Below, piece after piece: positions 51,861 to 62,398 of a stretch of DNA of 64,000 nucleotides. Each line of letters starts with the position of its first letter. Positions within the stretch are counted from its first letter, which is position 1. The DNA lies in NCBI GenBank assembly GCA_963771165.1, contig CAVYSN010000022.1:40305-104304 (forward strand), given 5' to 3'. The position numbers and the translations under genes are program-made. The notes below the pieces were generated by a model. It searched no databases, was not told where the DNA came from, and saw only the letters and a list, made by a program, of their open reading frames with translations. Origin of the DNA: an uncultured bacterium (GTDB lineage Bacteria > Acidobacteriota > HRBIN11 > JAKEFK01).

Positions 51861-52190
51861 TTATCCTAAATTCTGATTCAGTACTTGCACGATTTCGTTC
51901 TTGGGACGATTTCCGATCAAAACGGTTTTGATTTCGCCGTTGCTGAATAGGATTAAGGTGGGAATCGATCGAACTCCGTATTTGGCTGCCGTTCGTTCGT
52001 TTTCATCGACATTCAGCTTTCCGACTTTCAAGCGCCCCGAGTAGCTGTCCGCAATGCTGGCAACTGTAGGCGCAAGCGCATGGCAAGGCCCGCACCATTC
52101 CGCCCAGAAATCAATAAGAACCGGCGTTTCTGATTTCAATACTTCCTGCTCCCAATTCGCATCTGTAACTTCTTTGATATTCTCAGCCAT
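51861..52190 (-). CDS. trxA: Thioredoxin
   Basis: DFWAEWCGPC, SIPT; GGAGGA RBS before ATG 52190. Confidence 0.96.
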   Translation of the reverse strand: MAENIKEVTDANWEQEVLKSETPVLIDFWAEWCGPCHALAPTVASIADSYSGRLKVGKLNVDENERTAAKYGVRSIPTLILFSNGEIKTVLIGNRPKNEIVQVLNQNLG

Positions 52191-52261
52191 AATTTCCTCC
52201 TGAGACTCCACCGTCTCGGCAATAAAATAAGTTCAAAGCTCCAAAGTTTACGCTTGACGAT

Positions 52262-53704
52262 CTAAGATTTCAACTGAATCGCCTGATCATAAAGGGACAG
52301 GTACCTCAAAGCAGAGCTTTTCCACGAAAAATTCGAGCGCATACCATTCTGAATCAATGCATTCCACGCGTGTTTGTCCTCGAATTTTCCTCTTGCCCTT
52401 TTGATCGCTTCCAAAAATGCATCGGATGTGTAAGATTCAAATTTGAAACCATTCCCGGTTTGACTTTGATCGCTCCATTCTTCCACAGTATCATCCAGAC
52501 CGCCTGTGGCGCGAACGACAGGAATAGTTCCATATTTCAAGCTATACATCTGATTCAATCCACAAGGCTCGTAACGGCTCGGCATTAAAAATAGATCAGC
52601 CCCAGCTTCCAGCTGGTGGGCGTAGGGTTCGTCAAAGCTCAAGACCACGCTCACCTGGTCCGGATGCCTTGCCTCTAACTTCTGGAAAAATCTTTCGTAT
52701 CGAGAACCTCCTGTTCCGAGTACCATCAGAAAAGTTTTCATATCGAGAATCGCATCGGCCACTTCTTCCACTAAATCTAAACCCTTTTGCATTGCAAAGC
52801 GGGTAATCATCGCAAGAACGGGACTGTCACTCTCCGTTTCAAAGCCGTTCATCGACAGCAGATGACGGCGGCACTCTGACTTCCCTGATAAGTCGCGAAA
52901 ACTGTATTTCCTTACAATGTGTTCGTCCGTTTCAGGATTCCAAAGATCTTCATCGATTCCATTTAACACCCCGAATAACCTCTCCTTGCGGCTGCTTAAA
53001 ACACCCTGCAGCTTGCAACCGAATTCATCCGTTTGGATTTCCTGACTGTAACGGTGACTGACAGTGGTCAGGATATCCGAGTACAATAACCCTGCTTTTA
53101 TGAAACTTAGCGTGCCATAAAATTCCAGGCTGTCGGGAGTGAAATATTCAGGACCCAATTCTAAGAGTGAAAAACTTTCCCGGGGAAAATTACCCTGGTA
53201 CGCAAGGTTATGAATTGTGAAAAGCACGGGTGTTTTCGTCAAGGGGTCGTGATAATAATGAGTCCGAAGAAACAATGGAAAAAGTGCTGTAGGCCAATCG
53301 TTGCAATGTAAGACGTCCGGGCGCTTTCCTTTCCTTTTAAAATATTCGAGGCAGGCACGTGTAAAAAATACAAAACGTTCGTCATTGTCGTCGTAACTAC
53401 CGGAAGAATCGCCATAAATTCCTCCTCTTTGAAAATACTGCGGCGAATCAATGAATACGAACTGGACTCCTTCATGAAGTCCCTCAATGATCGAATATGT
53501 CACCTGCCTTCCGGCAAACTGAAGTCGCAGAGGACTGATTAAGCCTGTCGGAAGCATGGGTGCATATCCGTACAGCGGTATCATCAAAGTGACCTGATTA
53601 CCCAGCTTAACGAGCGCCTTCGCTAACGAAGTAACCATGTCCCCGAGACCGCCGGTCTTCCCAAAAGGAACGGCTTCCGATGAAACGATCGCAATCTTTA
53701 ACAT
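52262..53704 (-). CDS. glgA: Glycogen synthase
   Basis: KTGGLGD, HCNDW, HNLAYQG, PSRYEPCGL. Confidence 0.96.
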   Translation of the reverse strand: MLKIAIVSSEAVPFGKTGGLGDMVTSLAKALVKLGNQVTLMIPLYGYAPMLPTGLISPLRLQFAGRQVTYSIIEGLHEGVQFVFIDSPQYFQRGGIYGDSSGSYDDNDERFVFFTRACLEYFKRKGKRPDVLHCNDWPTALFPLFLRTHYYHDPLTKTPVLFTIHNLAYQGNFPRESFSLLELGPEYFTPDSLEFYGTLSFIKAGLLYSDILTTVSHRYSQEIQTDEFGCKLQGVLSSRKERLFGVLNGIDEDLWNPETDEHIVRKYSFRDLSGKSECRRHLLSMNGFETESDSPVLAMITRFAMQKGLDLVEEVADAILDMKTFLMVLGTGGSRYERFFQKLEARHPDQVSVVLSFDEPYAHQLEAGADLFLMPSRYEPCGLNQMYSLKYGTIPVVRATGGLDDTVEEWSDQSQTGNGFKFESYTSDAFLEAIKRARGKFEDKHAWNALIQNGMRSNFSWKSSALRYLSLYDQAIQLKS

Positions 53705-53923
53705 GAACCTGCTCGATTATACATGTCGCAAACGCCACAGTGGACTGGCAGATAACGCCATCTCATTGTTGCACTTTCAAACATTAAGCCCGGTGCAGTA
53801 TTGTGCAAGTGACTGGGTAACAAGACTTTAATTTTTGCATGATTCCTGGCATTGTTCTTGGAGTGTTCTGAATCGCGCGATAGGTGCATTTCGCGGACAG
53901 TACGTCGAACGAAGGAGACAAAC

Positions 53924-55045
53924 ATGGATAAAATTCGCGTAGCAATCGCAGGTGTAGGAAACTGTGCCAGTTCATTGGTACAGGGAGTGGAATACTATAA
54001 GTTAACAGCGCCAAATGATCTCGGACTTATGCACTACGAGATGTGCGGTTACAAACCATATGATATCGATTTTGTGGCCGCTTTTGATATAGACGCCCGA
54101 AAGGTAGGCCGTCCTCTTTCGCAAGCCATTTTCGCAAAGCCAAACTGCACGCAGGTTTTTTGCGCCGATGTTTCTGATAACGGTGTAACTGTTCAAATGG
54201 GAAAAATTCTGGATGGCGTTGCGGATCATATGCGTGATTATCCGGAAGAACGCAGTTTTGTTCCCGCAAATCTGCCCCCCTCTGACGTCGAATCAATTCT
54301 ACGCGAAACTCAACCGGATGTTTTGCTTTGCTATCTGCCGGTCGGTTCGGAACATGCGGCGCGGTACTATGCAAAAGCCTGTTTAAATACGGGCGTAAGC
54401 TTCATCAACTGCATCCCGGTCTTCATCGTTTCCAATAAGGAATGGGCTGAAAATTTTAATAAAGCCGGAATCCCTGTTATTGGAGATGATGTGAAATCGC
54501 AGCTTGGAGCGACCATTCTTCATCGCACCCTGATGAAAATCTTCCAGGAACGCGGAATTCGAATTGAACGTACGTATCAGTTGAATACAGGCGGGAACAC
54601 CGATTTCCTGAATATGTTAAACCGGCACAGGTTGAAATCGAAGAAAATTTCCAAAACCGAAGCGGTTCAATCAACAATGGAAAACCGGTTGAAGGATGAA
54701 AACATACATATTGGTCCTTCCGATTATGTGCCCTGGCAAAATGACAACAAAGTTTGTTTCATCCGAATTGAAGGGCGCGGTTTTGGCGAAGTTCCGATGC
54801 ACATGGAATTGAGACTTTCGGTGGAAGATTCACCGAACAGCGCAGGCACAGCTATCGACGCAATTCGGCTGATCAAGGTTGCGCGCGACAGAAAAATTTC
54901 CGGTCCACTTTACCCATCATCGGCTTACTTGATGAAACATCCTCCAATTCAAATGGATGATAGTGAATCGCGCCGGCTGATTGATGAGTTCTTGGGTATC
55001 AAAGTGGAAGAAGTCTCCGACGCGTTAATGGCAGAAGCGATCTAA
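53924..55045 (+). CDS. ino1: myo-Inositol-1-phosphate synthase
   Basis: GVGNCASS, GDDVKSQLGAT, GGNTDFLNM, DSPNSAG; AAGGAG RBS before ATG 53924. Confidence 0.95.
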   Translation: MDKIRVAIAGVGNCASSLVQGVEYYKLTAPNDLGLMHYEMCGYKPYDIDFVAAFDIDARKVGRPLSQAIFAKPNCTQVFCADVSDNGVTVQMGKILDGVADHMRDYPEERSFVPANLPPSDVESILRETQPDVLLCYLPVGSEHAARYYAKACLNTGVSFINCIPVFIVSNKEWAENFNKAGIPVIGDDVKSQLGATILHRTLMKIFQERGIRIERTYQLNTGGNTDFLNMLNRHRLKSKKISKTEAVQSTMENRLKDENIHIGPSDYVPWQNDNKVCFIRIEGRGFGEVPMHMELRLSVEDSPNSAGTAIDAIRLIKVARDRKISGPLYPSSAYLMKHPPIQMDDSESRRLIDEFLGIKVEEVSDALMAEAI

Positions 55046-55142
55046 GGTCAGGAGAACCGCCAAGACGCGGAGGACGCCAAAAACCCAGAGAGTTTTTTTT
55101 GAAAGTCTTGGCGTCTTGGCGTATTTAGTGTCTTGGCGGTTA

Positions 55143-56249
55143 CTAAAAGGCTTCTTTATTGACGATATACGGCATCTTTTTAGGGTCGCCATCATATCTG
55201 CGTTCGAGAAGGTCCACGACAGCCTGAGCGGTTCGTCCGCCCATTCCTACATTCGGATCAGGACTGAGTCGTGTCTGGCGTGCTCCGCTTGCAAAGTGAT
55301 GAAACTTTCGAAGCTTCAAATTCAAGCGTGTATCCCGTAGCGGGCTATCCATTGGCAGCGGCTCGACTTCAAACACATCGAGCGCTGCCCCAGCGATCCA
55401 ATCCTCCATCAATGCCTTGTACAGGGCCTTCTCATCTACAATCGGTCCGCGCGAGGTGTTGATCACGTAAGCAGTGTTTTTCATCATCTTGAACTGTGGT
55501 TCGCTCATCAAATGATAGGTGGGATTTTTACTTTCGTTCGGCATCAATAAGGGAACATGCAAAGTCACATAATCCGCATTTTGCAGAGCCTCTTCAAAGG
55601 AAACATACCGAATTGTCTGGCGGTTCATTACGAATTTTGCCTCCGCGCGCTGATCCATCATTTTTTGAACCGTCTCTACAAATGAGTGATCCTGATAGTC
55701 CGAATCAAAGCAAAGCACATTCATGTCAAATCCTACTGCCTTCTTGATAAAGGATTTTCCGATTCGACCTGTCCCTATCACAGCAACCGTACGTCCGGTT
55801 ACTTCATCACCAAGAAACGGTTCATACGGATGCCACGACGGCCATTTCCCTTCTTCAACCAGGCGTTCGGAAGGATAAAGCTTGCGGGCTACGGCCCCCA
55901 TGATAAAGAATGCGAATTCGGCAGTCGCGTCGGTTAAAACATCTGCCGTGTTGCTAAAAGGGATCTTGTACTTGTTTGCGGCATTGCGATCGATATTATT
56001 AAACCCGACTGCATCTTGAGCCACAATTTTCAAAGTATCCTTGCCCGCTGCAAAAACTTCTTCATCGATAGGATCACGCAATGTTGTGATGAGTGCATCG
56101 ATGCCGGATCGCACTTTTTCAAGGATCAAACTCTTTGGCGGAGCTTCGACCTTGTCGTAAACTTCAAGATCATACCCACGGCTGCGCAAAACTTCGAGCG
56201 GTTCTTTCCCGATATCGGCAGTAGCAAAGATTCTGATTTTTTCACCCAT
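55143..56249 (-). CDS. D-isomer 2-hydroxyacid dehydrogenase (glyoxylate/hydroxypyruvate reductase-like)
   Basis: GTGRIG, NTSRG.IVDE, LDVFE.EP. Confidence 0.9.
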   Translation of the reverse strand: MGEKIRIFATADIGKEPLEVLRSRGYDLEVYDKVEAPPKSLILEKVRSGIDALITTLRDPIDEEVFAAGKDTLKIVAQDAVGFNNIDRNAANKYKIPFSNTADVLTDATAEFAFFIMGAVARKLYPSERLVEEGKWPSWHPYEPFLGDEVTGRTVAVIGTGRIGKSFIKKAVGFDMNVLCFDSDYQDHSFVETVQKMMDQRAEAKFVMNRQTIRYVSFEEALQNADYVTLHVPLLMPNESKNPTYHLMSEPQFKMMKNTAYVINTSRGPIVDEKALYKALMEDWIAGAALDVFEVEPLPMDSPLRDTRLNLKLRKFHHFASGARQTRLSPDPNVGMGGRTAQAVVDLLERRYDGDPKKMPYIVNKEAF

Positions 56250-56330
56250 ATTTTTTACCACGGAGTCACGGAGATCACTGTGATATAAAACCGATTTTCT
56301 CCGTGTTCTCTGTGACTCCGTGGTGAAAAA

Positions 56331-57509
56331 TCACACAGGGATCAGTTTATGACTGCGTAGAGTTTTGTGAATACGAGCCAGAGCTTCTGCAATTTTTTCT
56401 CTGGAATTTGCATAGGAAAACCGTAAATATCCCTCGCCATTTGCGCCGAACGCTGTTCCGGAAAGACAAGCCACTCCCCCTTCTTCCAGAATCAAGTCCG
56501 CAAGCTTCTTGGAAGGAATACCGAGTTTCTTTACATTTGGAAAAGCATAGAAGGCTCCATCAGGAGTCTTGCAACTGAAGCCGGGCACATCATTCAATCC
56601 TTTGACGATAAAATCGCGCCGCTCTCGGAAAACTTCGATCATCTCTTCCGGTTTCGATTGATCCCCGCGCAAAGCCTCCAGACCGGCTAATTGAGTAAAC
56701 GTAGACGTGCAAGAAGTTGCATTTGTTTGAAGTTTGCAAACCTGCTGCGCAAGGTCTTGACGCATGACTCCATAACCCAGACGCCAACCTGTCATCGCAA
56801 AAATTTTTGAAAATCCATCCAGAATGATCGTTCGTTCCTTCATCCCTGGAAGAGAAGCGATTGAATGATACTCAGAGGTGTAAAGAATTCTCCTGTAAAT
56901 TTCATCGGACAGGATCATGAAATCGTGATTCTTTACCAGATCGGCGATTCGCTGAATGTCGGAACGCGGAATCACTCCACCCGTCGGATTGTGAGGGGAA
57001 TTCAGAATGAGAAGCTTGGTTTTCGAGCTGATTCTTTTCTCCAGCTCATCAACATCCAGACTCCAATTGTTTTCCTCCTTCAGCGAAATCGGAATCGCTT
57101 TGGCGCCAAGGTACTGAATCATGGATTCGTAAATAGGAAAGCCGGGATTTGGATAAAGGACTTCATCTCCCGGATCGACAAGCGCGAGAATTGTAAAAAA
57201 AATGATTGGCTTTGCGCCGGGTGTAACAACCACTTCCGCCGGATCGACTTGAATGCCCCGGGTACGGGCTGTATCCTCGGCGATTGCCTGGCGAACTTCC
57301 GGTAATCCTGCCGAAGGTCCATAATGATGGGCGCCATGACGGAGCGCATGTACGGCAGCATCGACAATGTTATCAGGTGTGTCGAAATCCGGCTCCCCGA
57401 TCTCCAGATGAACGATGTCCTTGCCTTGCGCTTCGAGTTGGCGAGCGCGAACAAGAACATCAAAAGCCGTCTCTGTGCCGAGACGAGACATCCGTTCGGA
57501 CAATTTCAT
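56331..57509 (-). CDS. PLP-dependent aminotransferase class I/II (aspartate aminotransferase-like)
   Basis: GEPDF, NSPHNPTG, DEIY, GFSK..AMTGWRLG. Confidence 0.95.
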   Translation of the reverse strand: MKLSERMSRLGTETAFDVLVRARQLEAQGKDIVHLEIGEPDFDTPDNIVDAAVHALRHGAHHYGPSAGLPEVRQAIAEDTARTRGIQVDPAEVVVTPGAKPIIFFTILALVDPGDEVLYPNPGFPIYESMIQYLGAKAIPISLKEENNWSLDVDELEKRISSKTKLLILNSPHNPTGGVIPRSDIQRIADLVKNHDFMILSDEIYRRILYTSEYHSIASLPGMKERTIILDGFSKIFAMTGWRLGYGVMRQDLAQQVCKLQTNATSCTSTFTQLAGLEALRGDQSKPEEMIEVFRERRDFIVKGLNDVPGFSCKTPDGAFYAFPNVKKLGIPSKKLADLILEEGGVACLSGTAFGANGEGYLRFSYANSREKIAEALARIHKTLRSHKLIPV

Positions 57510-57668
57510 ATCGCCGATATTATACGCAAACTTGAAGAGAATTGGCAGATACTGTATAAAGCAGTCAGTCATGAGTTATGAGCGATGAGTCATGAGTCCT
57601 ACCAATGATAGACGGTAATTCTCATTGCTCATAGCTCATTGCTTTGGCACTGAATAAAGGAGTAGCGA

Positions 57669-58832
57669 ATGGATGAATTGTTAGCGCAGGATCAGCGTGA
57701 CTTGAAATACCGGGCACGCGAAGTGGCGGAGAAATATGTCCGACCGCAGGCAGCACAATTAGACCGGGAAGGAAAATACCCCTGGGAAATCATGCAAAAG
57801 ATCGGTGAATATGGATTGATGGGCGTTTGGGTTCCTAAAGAATATGGCGGCGGTGGCGGCGGAGTTATGGAACTCTGTCTCGTGGTTGAAGAACTCAGCA
57901 AAGCGTGTGGAGGCGTTGGAGTTGCATATGCTGTAAACGCGTTAGGCTCTTTTCCGATCATGATTGGGGGGAACGAGGAACAAAAAAATACTTATCTTCG
58001 CGATGTTGCAACCGGTAAAAAGTACATTGCGTTTTGTTTGTCCGAAAAAGAATCCGGCAGCGATGCGGGCAGTTTGAAAACAACTGCCACTCGTGATGGG
58101 GATTCTTACATCATTCATGGCGATAAGAAATGGACAACCAATGCAAACGCTGCAGAGCTGTACACCGTCTTTGCCAATTTCAATCCGGAGAAAGGGATGC
58201 GGGGCATTTCCGCATTTCTTGTTGAGAAAGGTCATCCCGGATTTACGATCGGAAAAGAAGAAGATAAGATGGGGATCCGGTGCGTCCCAGTTCACGAAAC
58301 ACATTTCAATCAATGCCGTGTCCCTGCTTCCCAAATGCTTGGCAAGGAAGGAATGGGATTCATGCTGGCGATGGCAACTCTGGACAGAGCCCGTCCGGGA
58401 GTTGCAGCTCAGGCTCTCGGACTGGGTCAAGGTGCGCTCGATCTTGCATTGGATTATGCGTCGAAGCGCAAACAATTCGGACAGAACTTGCTCGGTTTTC
58501 AAGCCATTCAATTCATGCTTGCAGATCACGCTACAGAATTAGAAGCCGCACGCCAGCTCGTGTATGCTTCCGCGCGTGCTGTTGATTCCGGCATCAAAGG
58601 ATTTTCAAAGCTATCCGCAATGGGAAAACTCTTTGCCAGCGATGTTGCGATGAAAGTCACCACAGATGCGGTTCAAATCTTCGGAGGTTATGGCTACTGC
58701 AGAGATTATCCGATTGAAAAGTACATGAGGGATGCGAAGATCACGCAGATCTATGAAGGAACCAATCAGATCCAGCGGCTCGTAATCGCAAGGACTTTGA
58801 TCAAGGAATTAGCAAGCAAAGGTGAAAGCTAG
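57669..58832 (+). CDS. Acyl-CoA dehydrogenase
   Basis: LSE.ESGSD, RKQFG, QIFGGYGY, IYEGTNQIQR. Confidence 0.96.
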   Translation: MDELLAQDQRDLKYRAREVAEKYVRPQAAQLDREGKYPWEIMQKIGEYGLMGVWVPKEYGGGGGGVMELCLVVEELSKACGGVGVAYAVNALGSFPIMIGGNEEQKNTYLRDVATGKKYIAFCLSEKESGSDAGSLKTTATRDGDSYIIHGDKKWTTNANAAELYTVFANFNPEKGMRGISAFLVEKGHPGFTIGKEEDKMGIRCVPVHETHFNQCRVPASQMLGKEGMGFMLAMATLDRARPGVAAQALGLGQGALDLALDYASKRKQFGQNLLGFQAIQFMLADHATELEAARQLVYASARAVDSGIKGFSKLSAMGKLFASDVAMKVTTDAVQIFGGYGYCRDYPIEKYMRDAKITQIYEGTNQIQRLVIARTLIKELASKGES

Positions 58833-59836
58833 TCCATCGGTTTTGTGGGGTGGGCCTCCGTGCCCGCCGATGATGCAGAGTTGTCGGGCAGGGACGCCCG
58901 ACCCACGTTTTTGATAACACTTAGAATCGCTTCGTCGCTTGCTTCGTGAGTGATCACGCAGGATGGACCGATCAGCCATTTGTTGATTGAAGCAAGTGGG
59001 CGGCAATCTTCGGCAACGCGTTTCCAATCCACCGCAAGCTTGACGGGATCCACGCCCCCCAGAACGAATTTTCCAGTCTGGTGCGCGACCTGAGCCGGTG
59101 AAGGAACGCCATCGGCGAAAAAATCATAGCTATATATATCGACGGGATAATTTAGCATCCGGTCTAAATGGGTATGCTCACCGCAGATGTGTAAAATTAA
59201 AAGTGCATTCCGTTCCTGCAATGGACTTAGAATCGGCAATTCGTATGCACTGCCGAATTCTTCGTATTCGCTCCACGTCATCCAATCAGAGTTGGCCCAC
59301 TTCGTAGCAAAAAAAAATCCATCAGCACCGGCGGCCAGAGAATGCAACGCAAAATGCAGGAACGTTTTTTGAATCTTACCTAAAAGACTATGAATTGCTG
59401 CTGGAGCGCTTTTCCTCAAAGCATTGAAAGACTCACGTCCGGTCATCAACCGGTGGGCAATTTCAATCGGGGAGAATATGGTTTGCACAATCGGCAAGTC
59501 TGGCCCGAAGTACTGCCGCAGATTCCGCGTAACCTGTAGCTGTTCACCCAGAGCCCCTTTTGCAGGGTCCAGAATCGTGATTCGGTCCACGTCTTCAGCT
59601 CGCGTCACAACCGTTAATCGCAGTTCGGGCTCACGACGCTCATCATCAAAAAACTCGTATTCCGCACCCCAATCCAGAACGTGATAACACGCAGGAGGAT
59701 TCAATTTCAGAAAGTCCCACTTCCATTTTTCCTGCCAGTGAATCATGGAAGAAGTAAGCTGATCGACTGTTTGCTCGCGGTTGTAAAAATGGCGCCAGAG
59801 ACTCATCCATCTGTATTCCGGTAATTTCTTTTTCAT
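58829..59836 (-). CDS. Uroporphyrinogen decarboxylase-superfamily (UROD/MtaA-like) protein
   Basis: WRHF, DFLK, TIFSP, GADG.F, LHICG, GPSC; lacks HemE RQAGR motif. Confidence 0.75.
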   Translation of the reverse strand: MKKKLPEYRWMSLWRHFYNREQTVDQLTSSMIHWQEKWKWDFLKLNPPACYHVLDWGAEYEFFDDERREPELRLTVVTRAEDVDRITILDPAKGALGEQLQVTRNLRQYFGPDLPIVQTIFSPIEIAHRLMTGRESFNALRKSAPAAIHSLLGKIQKTFLHFALHSLAAGADGFFFATKWANSDWMTWSEYEEFGSAYELPILSPLQERNALLILHICGEHTHLDRMLNYPVDIYSYDFFADGVPSPAQVAHQTGKFVLGGVDPVKLAVDWKRVAEDCRPLASINKWLIGPSCVITHEASDEAILSVIKNVGRASLPDNSASSAGTEAHPTKPMD

Positions 59837-60738
59837 TCTTCCAACAATTTGTTCTCAAGAATTTGTGAAGGACTGAAACCTTCCATCTGTAGATAATAGT
59901 CCGCCGCATCATAAAGAGCCTGCGCAGGAATCAATCCGATCAATTCCGTTCCCACGATATTCACCCCGTAACGCGCAGCTTCGCGCCGGACCATCTCAAC
60001 AGCCCGAAATACAGGAGTCTTTTTGTAATCGGTCAGGTTCATTGAAACCTGTGCAATATTGCGATCGTGCAATATGACGCCCATAGCCTTTACAAAGCGT
60101 AAACCGCCGCTCGAATGCCGGACCGCTTTTGCAATTTTATTAGCGATCTCTAAGTCCGGCGTACCCAGGTTGACGTTAAATGCAATCAGAGGCATGCGTG
60201 CTCCGATCACAGTAACACCGAATGTTGGATGCAGCTGTGCTGGTCCGGCGTCAGGCTTCCATTCCTCTTTCTGAATTTTTTCCGCGAAACCCTCAAACTC
60301 CCCTTTCCTGATGTTTGCGAGATCGCGACGCGCTTCTGTGGATGCCGCAAATTCATAAAAATAAACCGGAATTTTGAATCGTCCTGCGACTTCTCTGCCC
60401 AGATCTTTTGCGAGCCCCACACAATCCTCCATTGTCATATTCTTGATCGGTATGAAAGGAGTAACATCCACCGCTCCGGCACGCGGGTGCTCGCCCCGAT
60501 GCTCGCGAAGATCGATTTCACGCAGGCAAACTTCGTAAAGTTTTAAGAGCTGCTCTCTTAATCCTTCCGGTGATCCGGCCAGACTGATCACGGTGCGGTT
60601 ATGATCCAGATCCGGCTTAACATCCAGAATGCGAGTATCGGCGATGCCCTGAATCTCTTTTAAAATTCTTTGGAGGACGTCCGTTCTTTTCGCTTCGCTT
60701 ATATTCGGCACAGACTCTACAATTTTGTTCAGGCTCAT
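59833..60738 (-). CDS. ftcD: Glutamate formimidoyltransferase (formiminotransferase domain only)
   Basis: ESVPN.SE, DHNRTV, HPR.GA.DV.PF, QVSMNL. Confidence 0.92.
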   Translation of the reverse strand: MSLNKIVESVPNISEAKRTDVLQRILKEIQGIADTRILDVKPDLDHNRTVISLAGSPEGLREQLLKLYEVCLREIDLREHRGEHPRAGAVDVTPFIPIKNMTMEDCVGLAKDLGREVAGRFKIPVYFYEFAASTEARRDLANIRKGEFEGFAEKIQKEEWKPDAGPAQLHPTFGVTVIGARMPLIAFNVNLGTPDLEIANKIAKAVRHSSGGLRFVKAMGVILHDRNIAQVSMNLTDYKKTPVFRAVEMVRREAARYGVNIVGTELIGLIPAQALYDAADYYLQMEGFSPSQILENKLLEE

Positions 60739-60850
60739 TCAACCTCCTTAAGGAGCGCGGGCGTCCCGCCTGCATTAAGGGCCGCAGGCATCTTGCCCGA
60801 CTAGGCGTTACTATTGTGAAAGGTTTCAGTGAAAGATACAATGATTTCAC

Positions 60851-62389
60851 ATGTACGTAAGGCTCGTCATAGTTCTCGTACTGCTCGGGGGCCTTTTTTC
60901 AGCGTGCAAGGATCCGGCTCCGCCTGCGGTCTCACAAAAAAAACCACTGGTTATCCTTGTTGGTACCGATCTGTCGACTTTCGATCCACAAATTTCTTTC
61001 GAAGTCGACAGCAGTTACGTTTTGGTAAACATATTTGACTCATTGGTGGAATTTGATGCTTCTTTTCGACTTTCTCCGGGGCTCGCAAAGCGATGGACCA
61101 ATCCGGATGATCGAACCTGGCGATTTTATTTGAATGAACAAGCCAGCTTTTCTGATGGAACTCCCCTGAAGGGTTCCGATGTGAAATTCAGCATTGAAAG
61201 AATAAAATCGCTGAAAAACTCTGACTTGCGCGGCTTCGCTGAACACATTAGCGAGATCCGCATTTTAAATGATCACACCATCGACATCAAAACCGATCGC
61301 CCGTTCAGCATTCTAAGTAATCTCGTTTTCATTCCAATTCTTTCCGAAAAGAATGTAAAGGCAGCAGGTGACCAAATGAATGAACGCCCTGTCGGCACCG
61401 GCCCTTATAAGTTAGCATCACGGGTAAAGGGCAAAAAAATTACCCTGGCCGTCAATGAATTTTACAAACCAAAACCGGAAATCGACACGGTTGAATTTGT
61501 CATCAGCAGTGATGTCGAACGAGTACTCGAAAATGTGCTCACAATGAAACCAGATGTCACGCTTACTCTTCCCTTTCGTAAAATTGAAGAATTCCAAAAG
61601 CAGAATCCCCCTGACCTGAAATTGTTGAGATCAAATGGCATTACTGTCGAGTATCTGATCTACAACCTGAAACCTTCAATACCCGGATTTGAGAAGAATC
61701 CGTTGCTGGACATCAACCTCCGAAAGGCTCTGGCGCAAGGGATCGACCGCGCGGAAATTGTTCAAACCATTTTTAAGGGTTTCGGACGTCTTGCGACTCA
61801 ATTAATTGCACCCGAAGTTTTCGGATACGATTCAAACATTCGACCGCCGGAATATAATCCTGTGGAAGCGAAGCGGCTCATCCAGGAAGGCGGATACAGC
61901 GGTCTGGAAGTTCCCATCTACACCCTGAAGGGGGGCAGTTACAGGTTTGAAAATTTACTCATTCGATATTGGAGTGAGATCGGAGTGAAGCCTTCCCTCC
62001 GGATCTGGAAAGATGCGAATGAAATGAACCATGCTTTAAACGCCGGAGACTTTGTGTTGGCCCTTGGCGGCTATGTTTGCACGAGCGGTGATGCCGGAGA
62101 ATTATTGACTTTTGGCTTGCACACGCGGACCGAACGGGGTAGTTACGGAAAGGGTAATTATGCTCATTACAGCAACCCTGAAGTGGATCGCATTATTGAG
62201 GAGAATCTGCGAGTTCTGGATGCAAAAGCGAGACTCGATATGATCCAGCGTGCGATGCGAACCGTAAGCGCGGAAATTCCTTACTTACCCCTTTTGATTT
62301 ATGACGACGTATACATCGTCTCAAAGAAAATCTACTGGACCCCGCCGGCTAGCGGCGAACTCAAGATCCGCAACATCGCGTATCGTTGA
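60851..62389 (+). CDS. ABC transporter substrate-binding lipoprotein, family 5 (peptide/nickel)
   Basis: Lipobox FSAC, PGLA..W, FSDG.P....DVKFS, GTGPYK. Confidence 0.92.
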   Translation: MYVRLVIVLVLLGGLFSACKDPAPPAVSQKKPLVILVGTDLSTFDPQISFEVDSSYVLVNIFDSLVEFDASFRLSPGLAKRWTNPDDRTWRFYLNEQASFSDGTPLKGSDVKFSIERIKSLKNSDLRGFAEHISEIRILNDHTIDIKTDRPFSILSNLVFIPILSEKNVKAAGDQMNERPVGTGPYKLASRVKGKKITLAVNEFYKPKPEIDTVEFVISSDVERVLENVLTMKPDVTLTLPFRKIEEFQKQNPPDLKLLRSNGITVEYLIYNLKPSIPGFEKNPLLDINLRKALAQGIDRAEIVQTIFKGFGRLATQLIAPEVFGYDSNIRPPEYNPVEAKRLIQEGGYSGLEVPIYTLKGGSYRFENLLIRYWSEIGVKPSLRIWKDANEMNHALNAGDFVLALGGYVCTSGDAGELLTFGLHTRTERGSYGKGNYAHYSNPEVDRIIEENLRVLDAKARLDMIQRAMRTVSAEIPYLPLLIYDDVYIVSKKIYWTPPASGELKIRNIAYR

Positions 62390-62398
62390 TACGGCTAT

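Noticed and set aside
57571-57640. Short tandem repeats as a possible CRISPR array
   Set aside because: 7-nt units forming an inverted repeat, no unique spacers, no cas genes
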